31,705 nt of DNA from a virus (lineage: Duplodnaviria > Caudoviricetes): the IMG/VR virus record IMGVR_UViG_3300022862_000020, positions 1 through 31,705 of that record. The stretch is one strand, 5' to 3'. The notes beneath the pieces were generated by a model. That model was not told where the DNA came from, made no database searches, and saw only the letters and a list, made by a program, of their open reading frames with translations. Below are positions 25,852 through 31,705 of the stretch, in pieces (the stretch's first letter is position 1; each line of letters starts with the position of its first letter). A program made the position numbers and the translations under genes.

Positions 25852-27128
25852 TGTTCGCTCACGTTCGCGAGTGTGTAGCTGCCCGCAATCGGGAAGCGCT
25901 GGACAATGAAGTAGCCGAGTGCGTCGACCGGGTCTTCAGTGCCGTCCTTGTTTGGTTCGCCTTTCTCGTCGTAGGCCTGCTGCTCCAGCACCTGGGTGGT
26001 GACCGGGCAGTTGTCGGTGTTCACCAGGTAGCGGCGCTTCTGGTCGATGTTGAGAAACATGGCATTCACGGCCAGCACCCGGTCGCGGACCATGGGGTTG
26101 GACGGGTTGACCATGACCATGAAGCCGGCGGCGCGGAGCAAGCTGTGGTCTGACTCGCTGCCGTTCACGCTCTTGCGGTTCTTGCCGCTGGCGTCCGGGT
26201 AGACCGTGATGCTGTGCCCTGGGAACCGGCGCTTCAGCTCGACGATCATCGCCGGCGTATCGAATAGGCTTGTGGCCTCTTCCAGCAGCATGGGAAGGCC
26301 TTCACGAATGACGTGGATCGTTGCCGCCATCCGGTTGATGTTGAAGTCCATGCCGATGTGCAGCTGCTCGCCCGGGCGAATCGTTGCGTCGGTGTGGTTC
26401 TGCTTGCGGCAGAAGCTCGGGTACACGCTGCCGGACGTCAGGTTGACGAACAGGCCGTCGATGTACGCGTCCACCAGGTTCGCCGGGTAGGACTCGCGCA
26501 GCGACTTGATGTAGTCCTTTGGCAGATTCTTGGCGTTCTGCCGCGTGGAGGCGTGCACGATGCCGTACAGCGGGCGCTGGCTCGGATTGGAAGCAAGCTC
26601 CTTGACGAACTTGCGATACACCCAGTTGAAGCCCTCCGGCGTCGTGGTGACGTCGATGGTGTTCATGTCGCGGCCAGGCCACACCGTGGACATCCGCGCA
26701 ATGATCTTCTTCCAGGCGCTGTCGGCCTTCTTGATCGGCATACAGTCGATTTCGTCGACCAGGGCATGAGCGATGTTGAAGCCCACAATACGGTGCGGGT
26801 GCTCCATGCTCTTGCAGACGATCGTCGATAGGCACCGGCCGCGGTTGTCGCGCAGGTACACGCGCTTCTTGCTCGGCACGATGTCGGCGAACAGGCCGAA
26901 AGCCTCAGCAACCACCGGCATGGTGTCGTAGAAGATGTCGGCGATCTGCGGGTAGGTCGGAGCGAAGTAGCCCTGCGGTATGCCTGGATTCTCCAGTGCG
27001 TTGATGCAGAGCCGCACGCAGCCCACGAACGTCTTGCCGCTACGGTAGCCGCCGACGAACGCTGAAAACTTCTTGGGGTGACTGATGAACTCGAACTGCG
27101 GCCTATTGAGCTTCAGGGTCGCTTGCAT
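25848..27128 (-). CDS. terL: Terminase large subunit
   Basis: GGYRSGKT Walker A, ALVDE Walker B, TTTPEG, IGMDFN nuclease Asp, DALGY. Confidence 0.96.
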   Translation of the reverse strand: MQATLKLNRPQFEFISHPKKFSAFVGGYRSGKTFVGCVRLCINALENPGIPQGYFAPTYPQIADIFYDTMPVVAEAFGLFADIVPSKKRVYLRDNRGRCLSTIVCKSMEHPHRIVGFNIAHALVDEIDCMPIKKADSAWKKIIARMSTVWPGRDMNTIDVTTTPEGFNWVYRKFVKELASNPSQRPLYGIVHASTRQNAKNLPKDYIKSLRESYPANLVDAYIDGLFVNLTSGSVYPSFCRKQNHTDATIRPGEQLHIGMDFNINRMAATIHVIREGLPMLLEEATSLFDTPAMIVELKRRFPGHSITVYPDASGKNRKSVNGSESDHSLLRAAGFMVMVNPSNPMVRDRVLAVNAMFLNIDQKRRYLVNTDNCPVTTQVLEQQAYDEKGEPNKDGTEDPVDALGYFIVQRFPIAGSYTLANVSEQ

Positions 27129-27624
27129 CTTCTACCCCGATGATTACTTGCTTGGGCTCGGGCAGGCCCTTATTCGGGTCTTCCAGTTCGCGCTGTAGCT
27201 TCTGGATGTTCAGTCGCTTTATCTCATCGTCCAGCGACTTGTCTGGCTCTACACGGCGATTGACGTAGGCATCCCCGACTTCCTTCGCCGCCTGCTCGAG
27301 GATCTGCATTGCAAGACCGATGTTTTTCATCGACTCTGCCTTCTCCACGTACCTGCTCATGGCGCGCAGTCGATAGGCGCGATTAGCGATCGGGATGTCT
27401 ACCGTCTCCTCCCTGAACCGCTTGCGAGCATCGTGAAACATCTCCACCCAGCGCTTGGCGAGGGTCTTGCTGCATCGCTTGGTAGGGTCGTGCGATTCCA
27501 CCTGCTGGCGGCTCACTTCGACGTTGAATTCACGCTTGACGGCCTCTGCCACCTGTGAGGGTGTATCGAAGCAGGCCAACGCCTGAACGATGAAGGCCTT
27601 CACCTCGCTGCTCAGGGCTGCCAT
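27103..27624 (-). CDS. terS: Terminase small subunit (DUF2280-type)
   Basis: FIVQALACFDTPSQVAEAVK, HDPTK, IPIANRAYRL; directly upstream of terL. Confidence 0.88.
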   Translation of the reverse strand: MAALSSEVKAFIVQALACFDTPSQVAEAVKREFNVEVSRQQVESHDPTKRCSKTLAKRWVEMFHDARKRFREETVDIPIANRAYRLRAMSRYVEKAESMKNIGLAMQILEQAAKEVGDAYVNRRVEPDKSLDDEIKRLNIQKLQRELEDPNKGLPEPKQVIIGVEDASDPEAQ

Positions 27625-27655
27625 AGGGTTGGGTTCCGTCTATTGCTGTCTATCC

Positions 27656-28279
27656 TCAGGCCAACTTGAGCAGACAGGTTCCGCAGGCCCTCGATACGTT
27701 GAGTTTTCCCACCTCGGCAGGACTATTTGCAGCGTCCACCAGCACCTGGACATCAGGGCTCGCACCATAGCGGCGGACCACACCGACGAACTCCTCAACG
27801 TCGTGTCCGCGCATCTCAAGCTTTGGCAGTCCTTCCTGGGTGAACTTGGGCTGGCCGTATCCATCCTTCGCCTGAGCGATGTGGTAGAGCTCATGCTCAA
27901 CCAGGGCACAGAAATCGGTATCGCTGCACTGAGCGCAGTAATCGGCGGCCAAGGTGATGATGTAGGCCGGCACATCGCCGAACCAATCTCGCATCTGCTG
28001 TTCCATCCTGGCCTTCTGCCAACCACCAGCACGGAACGCTACCTGCTCGGCCTGCCCCAGGACTGTGCGTCCCTGCTTGTTGAAGCTCGACGATGCCCAC
28101 ATCACCTGGATGTCTGCATCCAGTAGGTGGGCATGGTCTGGGTTGTGGATGCTGCCGGTGTCGGCAAGAATCTCGGCCTGTAGCCAGTCCCACACCTCAG
28201 GCGCTGGGGTAAGGCGGATACCGAAGTCGGACAGTTCGGATAACTCAAGCAGTGCTGCTGGAGGTTTTGGCCTGGTCAA
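27656..28279 (-). CDS. Putative phage metallopeptidase
   Basis: HELYH (HExxH) and HDVEEF; probable TTG start at 28279 (MTRPKPP). Confidence 0.8.
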   Translation of the reverse strand: MTRPKPPAALLELSELSDFGIRLTPAPEVWDWLQAEILADTGSIHNPDHAHLLDADIQVMWASSSFNKQGRTVLGQAEQVAFRAGGWQKARMEQQMRDWFGDVPAYIITLAADYCAQCSDTDFCALVEHELYHIAQAKDGYGQPKFTQEGLPKLEMRGHDVEEFVGVVRRYGASPDVQVLVDAANSPAEVGKLNVSRACGTCLLKLA

Positions 28280-28487
28280 TTGGAACCACCCTGATCTCGC
28301 CCCATACAGGGCGGTAGTCGATGTGCTTGCCGTCACTACTGCGCAAAGGCATATCGGCCACTACAGCTATGCCGTCCTTCGTGTCGCAGTAGGTCACACA
28401 GCCAATACGCTCACCGTCCACAAACACTTCGCGTTGCCCTCGGCCATCGTGAGCCCAGTGCACGTGCTCGCCTGATTTATCGCCCAT
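28245..28487 (-). CDS. Hypothetical protein (80 aa)
   Basis: GGAGG RBS; plausible composition; co-directional with the operon. Confidence 0.6.
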   Translation of the reverse strand: MGDKSGEHVHWAHDGRGQREVFVDGERIGCVTYCDTKDGIAVVADMPLRSSDGKHIDYRPVWGEIRVVPIDQAKTSSSTA

Positions 28488-28540
28488 GCTTGCCTCCAGT
28501 GTCGCGACACAATTTGCTGATTCGCGAAACGTGTCGCGGA

Positions 28541-28861
28541 TTACTGTTTCTTGTCGCAGCCCATGCAGTCCTCACAATGCATCGTCCGGCACAGCCAGGC
28601 TCTCACCCTTGCCCACCAGATGACCATGAAGATGTGGCGCAGTCCTGCGAGGGCCAGGGCCATGTGCAGCGTCAGGCCCGCGGTGGTTGGACCGAAGAAG
28701 ACGTTCTGACTGCGGGTCATCACAACGAACCCGCTGATGGCGACCGTCGAATAGATCAGCTTGCCGAGGATGCCGTCTCGCACCCGACCACTGAGGACAC
28801 ACCAGGTCGCCCACAATGCGATCAGGCCGCAGGCGATGGAGTTGATCAGTTCAAGATTCAT
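28541..28861 (-). CDS. Three-TM membrane protein, holin/antiholin-like
   Basis: Three hydrophobic segments; start coupled to the upstream gene (ATGA). Confidence 0.65.
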   Translation of the reverse strand: MNLELINSIACGLIALWATWCVLSGRVRDGILGKLIYSTVAISGFVVMTRSQNVFFGPTTAGLTLHMALALAGLRHIFMVIWWARVRAWLCRTMHCEDCMGCDKKQ

Positions 28862-29196
28862 GGTGGATTGCCTCCCCCGAACCGCTGGCGGATAAGCGCC
28901 CAGAGGTCAGCGGCTTTGATTGCTCGGTTGATGGCGGCCAGAAGTGAACCGCCGAAGGTGCCCAGCAGGAAGCCGATACCGGCAACGATCTTTGGCTCGG
29001 TGACGTTCAGGTAGGCGCTGACCATACTCGTCAGGTACAGCGAGCAGGCCACCCCGGTTATCAAGAACACCATCCAGGCACGCCAGTCGGACAAGTCGTC
29101 CTTGTGCCACCAGCTCGCGACAACGGCACCAATGAGGCCCGCAATAAACAACTCGAACCTGTCGATCTTGTCGAGCAGGCGCTGTAGGTACTCCAT
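28858..29196 (-). CDS. Putative holin (112 aa)
   Basis: GGAG RBS; MEYLQRLLDK start; three TM segments; GFLLGTFGGSL; first gene of the structural operon. Confidence 0.7.
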   Translation of the reverse strand: MEYLQRLLDKIDRFELFIAGLIGAVVASWWHKDDLSDWRAWMVFLITGVACSLYLTSMVSAYLNVTEPKIVAGIGFLLGTFGGSLLAAINRAIKAADLWALIRQRFGGGNPP

Positions 29197-29223
29197 GCGC
29201 TCGACTCCGGCTGTGCATGATTG

Positions 29224-29248
29224 AAGAAAAGGGCCGGTGTGAGCGGCC
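29224..29248 (-). terminator. Intrinsic terminator upstream of the holin
   Basis: Minus strand GGCCG-CTCACAC-CGGCC-CTTTTCTT. Confidence 0.55.
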
Positions 29249-29372
29249 AAACGCTGGGGAGCAGCGGCGAATAGATCAGCCCCGGCGCGCACTCCCAGCT
29301 CGGGGCAATGGGTGTGGCGGGGCTGAAAACTTGAAACCTGGTATCCGTGGGCCTAAAAAGGGCCTCTTAAAT

Positions 29373-29412
29373 ACCACAAATATGTTGTATCACCACAAAA
29401 CTGTTGTATACT
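29373..29412 (+). promoter_or_regulatory. hicAB promoter with two tandem operator-like repeats
   Basis: ACCACAAATATGTTGTAT (29373-29390) and ACCACAAAACTGTTGTAT (29392-29409) overlap TTGTAT-N16-TATACT. Confidence 0.7.
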
Positions 29413-29440
29413 GGACTCATCCAAACAACGAGGCGAGGTG

Positions 29441-29620
29441 ATGAAGTTCAGCGAGTTCAGACGATGGTTGAAGGCCCAAGGGGTGACCTTCGAAGCAGGC
29501 AAAGGAAGCCACTTCAAAGTCACCGCCCCAAACGGCAACAAGACAACCTTCGCGGACCACGGATCCAAGGAAATACCGGAACCGACCCGCAAGGCGATCA
29601 TTAAACAACTGGGGCTCTAA
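29441..29620 (+). CDS. hicA: HicA mRNA interferase toxin
   Basis: 59 aa; GKGSHFK motif, HGSKEI, AIIKQLGL; GAGGTG RBS. Confidence 0.93.
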   Translation: MKFSEFRRWLKAQGVTFEAGKGSHFKVTAPNGNKTTFADHGSKEIPEPTRKAIIKQLGL

Positions 29621-29672
29621 GGGCCCCCTTCGCCATTCTGGAAACTGAACGATCACCTCCAAGGAGTGACCC

Positions 29673-30095
29673 ATGTACGACTTTGCAATTCGATTCGAAC
29701 AGGACGCCACTGGTGTGGCCGTCTTCTGCCGGGACCTGCCAGAGCTGAACAGCTTCGGCGACGACGTCGAGCACGCGATCCGTGAGGCTATGGACGCTAT
29801 CGAGACCACTCTGTCGCTGTATGTCGATCAGCGTCGGGCGATTCCAGCGGCATCCGCGCCCCAGGAAGGCGAGCACGTCGTTCACCTACCCGCGGTGACA
29901 GTGGCGAAGGTCGCCCTGTGGAACGAGCTCATCGCGCGGGATATGCGCAAGGCCGACCTGTGCCGACTGCTGGGTATTGCTCAGACCCAAGGCGATCGCC
30001 TGGTGGACTTCCTTCACACATCGAAGATGGATGCGATCGAGAAAGCCCTGGCCGCGCTCGGCAAACGCATAACGCTCTCTGTCGAGGCGGCCTGA
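29673..30095 (+). CDS. hicB: HicB antitoxin with C-terminal HTH
   Basis: CRDLPELNSFGDDVEHAI, IPAAS, KADLCRLLG...RLVD..HTSKMD; AAGGAG RBS. Confidence 0.93.
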   Translation: MYDFAIRFEQDATGVAVFCRDLPELNSFGDDVEHAIREAMDAIETTLSLYVDQRRAIPAASAPQEGEHVVHLPAVTVAKVALWNELIARDMRKADLCRLLGIAQTQGDRLVDFLHTSKMDAIEKALAALGKRITLSVEAA

Positions 30096-30100
30096 ATAGG

Positions 30101-30239
30101 TGCGGATGGCCGGTGCTGATCTCCGGCTAGAGCTATGTCGCGATATTCTTTTGCCGGGGTTGAAGGTAGACCTATCCAGGCCCTGCTCGCCCTAAATCCC
30201 TGTTAACGCGACACCGCATCAGCCTGCGCATTCATCCGC
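30101..30239 (-). ncRNA. tRNA-like cloverleaf RNA with a 64-nt insert in the anticodon position
   Basis: Four hand-verified stems: GCGGAUG/CAUCCGC, CGCA/UGCG, GUGUCGCG/CGCGACAU, GCCGG/CCGGC. No canonical T-loop or anticodon loop. Confidence 0.6.
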
Positions 30240-30243
30240 ATAA

Positions 30244-30438
30244 TGTAAGGGTCTTTCCCCTCCGTCCGCCGAAGGCTATCACGGCGTCGACGCCCCAATG
30301 CATCGATCTCGCCGCTCAAGTCTCGCTCCCCCCTGCGTCAGATGGTTGGTCGGGGTGCGCGGGCTGCCGGTGTTGTTTCCGTACGTCGCACTGCCGGCTA
30401 TCGACGTCCAGGCCTTCCCGAAGGCTGTCCTGGCTACA
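30244..30438 (-). ncRNA. Candidate ~195-nt structured RNA
   Basis: Multiple stems (UGUAG/UUACA, CCAGG/CCUGG, GCCUUC/GAAGGC, GCCGG/CCGGC, CGCCG/CGGCG, GAGGG/CCCUU); no credible ORF. Confidence 0.45.
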
Positions 30439-30452
30439 GGCAAATATGAGGC

Positions 30453-30504
30453 AATAAAAAACCCGCACAGGGCGGGCTTAAAAATAACCCCGCACTTGGC
30501 GGGG
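30453..30504 (-). terminator. Two tandem intrinsic terminators (tR'-like)
   Basis: Minus strand CCCCGC-CAAGT-GCGGGG-TTATTTTT, then CCCGC-CCTGT-GCGGG-TTTTTTATT. Confidence 0.75.
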
Positions 30505-30516
30505 CTTGGTGAGCTG

Positions 30517-30771
30517 CTAGGCTCGAATCAGACCGGCAATGATGAGGCTGGAGACGAGACCGGCACCGGTAGCGTGAATCGTGTTGAGAAACGCCAAATC
30601 GGTTTTTTTCACCATCTCGTTATCCTCCTTCGTAGTCGAGGCCGCTACGGTCGGCTCTTGCACCTTGAGATACAGCATGTATACAGCCACCAATGCCATG
30701 ATTCCAACGGTGCCGGCTACGACTCCAGCCACAACAACGGATGCCGCTGCTCCAGGGAGAAATTTTGTCAA
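30517..30771 (-). CDS. Small two-TM membrane protein (84 aa)
   Basis: TTG start with a poor RBS; two hydrophobic segments; fills the gap between the putative late promoter and the terminators. Confidence 0.5.
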   Translation of the reverse strand: MTKFLPGAAASVVVAGVVAGTVGIMALVAVYMLYLKVQEPTVAASTTKEDNEMVKKTDLAFLNTIHATGAGLVSSLIIAGLIRA

Positions 30772-30800
30772 TCCGCAACGCGCAAGATCGACAGGATGGA

Positions 30801-30832
30801 TAAATACTCTCTCACTTTCTCACTCATTGCAA
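30801..30832 (-). promoter_or_regulatory. Putative late promoter (pR'-like) with a direct repeat in the spacer
   Basis: Minus strand TTGCAA-TGAGTGAGAAAGTGAGA-GAGTAT(TTA), right after the Q-position gene; AGTGAGAA/AGTGAGAG tandem repeat; the -10 is weak. Confidence 0.5.
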
Positions 30833-30842
30833 TGGCTTTTTG

Positions 30843-31388
30843 CTACGCCGCGCAACTTTCGATCAAACCCTCTGTATCCAGCAGTTCCTGGGCAGCGAGC
30901 AGTGCTTCGTTTACCTGGTTATCGAGCGCCTTACGGATGTTCGAGCGCCACCGGTACCGGGTCGACTCTGGTTTACCGTCATTGTCCCAATTGGTGATGT
31001 CATACCAGGCTGCCGGCAGGACGGTCGCATAGCGCTTGCCCTCGGCGCCGGCCACCTGCGGAATTGCCCAAGTCAGGATCGCACACTCGCGGAACCGCTG
31101 CGGCGCCGGCGACTTCACCGAGTTCAGCAGCTCAAGGATTGCACCATGCTTGCGCTCGTCGTGGGTCGAGTACTTCGCCACCAGCGCCCGCCAGTGCGCC
31201 GGAGTCAGCGTCTTGTGCAGTCGGCCGAAGACCCAACAGTCCATGAGAAACGCAGCCTCTTTGCCGACGATTTCCCCCTTCTGCTTGGCGCACTGGACCT
31301 TGGGCTCGAAATCACAGCCGCCGGCAGAGTTGATGGTCTCAGCGGCCAGGGCCCGGACCACTGCGGAAATCACGTTGCGATAGATCAT
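30843..31388 (-). CDS. Late-gene regulator (Q-position antiterminator-like)
   Basis: 181 aa immediately after ninG and before the late operon; C-terminal KPESTRYRWR HTH-like segment. Function inferred from synteny. Confidence 0.6.
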   Translation of the reverse strand: MIYRNVISAVVRALAAETINSAGGCDFEPKVQCAKQKGEIVGKEAAFLMDCWVFGRLHKTLTPAHWRALVAKYSTHDERKHGAILELLNSVKSPAPQRFRECAILTWAIPQVAGAEGKRYATVLPAAWYDITNWDNDGKPESTRYRWRSNIRKALDNQVNEALLAAQELLDTEGLIESCAA

Positions 31389-31705
31389 GCTGCAGCCCTC
31401 TTGAGTTCTCTGGTCATTGCCCGGTATTTGGCCTTGATGGCCTTCAGATCGTCGATGGTGTGCTTGCGCACGCTCTGGTCAGATTCCAGGGCGTCGACCG
31501 CTTCTTGGCCGATGCGCGCTATCAGGCCGATCCGGTAATCCACGGCGTTGCCGGAGAGGAATCGGTTGTCCTGTTTGCTTTGTGCATGGCAGTTGCGTTC
31601 ATCGAAGCGCAGGTGCGGCGCCGATCCGACACTGCGGTAGTGGCCGGCATCCACGGCGTTGCCGCTCCAATCCAATGGCTTGCCGCTGGAGATGCACAGG
31701 TGGCC
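31385..31705 (-). CDS. ninG: NinG/Rap family endonuclease (partial, 5' end outside the window)
   Basis: CISSG...DAGHYRSVGSAPHLRFDERNCHAQ...N..LSGN..YR..LI.RIG. Confidence 0.9.
   Translation of the reverse strand, partial: GHLCISSGKPLDWSGNAVDAGHYRSVGSAPHLRFDERNCHAQSKQDNRFLSGNAVDYRIGLIARIGQEAVDALESDQSVRKHTIDDLKAIKAKYRAMTRELKRAAA

Larger units (their letters stand above)
162..31705. mobile_element. Temperate lambda-like siphovirus prophage (left part; continues beyond the window)
   Basis: Integrase at the boundary, followed by a contiguous and apparently intact terminase-portal-capsid-tail-lysis gene set in lambdoid order, plus NinG. Confidence 0.97.

Noticed and set aside
30101-30239. Canonical tRNA, intron-containing tRNA or tmRNA
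   Set aside because: No UUCRA T-loop, no 7-nt anticodon loop, no encoded CCA; the insert is too short for a group I intron or a tmRNA body. Kept only as a tRNA-like element.
30298-31538. + strand ORFs of 244, 138 and 232 aa
   Set aside because: Overlap better-supported - strand genes and terminators; no RBS or motifs.
1-31705. CRISPR array, rRNA, IS element or clear pseudogene in the structural module
   Set aside because: No regularly spaced repeats, transposase motifs or broken reading frames found by eye.

Overview
The window is the left part of an integrated lambda-like (siphovirus) prophage in a GC-rich host that looks like Pseudomonas. About 180 bp of host DNA comes first: the 3' end of a gene, then what appears to be the cut 5' end of queD at the attL junction. 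Next are a tyrosine integrase and a small gene with an SOS box, both on the + strand. The rest is a complete late region on the - strand. Read from the right end it runs: NinG (partial), Q-position regulator and putative late promoter, structured non-coding region, hicAB (+), holin-like pair, metallopeptidase, terminase, portal, protease/scaffold, capsid, head-tail joining, tail tube, G/GT frameshift chaperones, tape measure, M-L-K-[moron island]-I-J, tail fibre, SleB-type endolysin and nested Rz/Rz1. Four observations stand out. (1) The portal carries a C-terminal 2H phosphoesterase resembling the anti-CBASS nuclease Acb1 (T4 57B). (2) The K-I moron has a convergent gene pair in which a 58-aa late-strand protein is a permuted mimic of the phage's own gpJ C-terminal region, suggesting a tail-assembly defence with a decoy antidote. 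(3) A tRNA-shaped RNA with complementary D-like and T-like loops lies next to a second ~195-nt structured element at the head of the late operon. (4) Integration appears to be into the start of queD. All family assignments come from motif recognition and gene order, not database searches.
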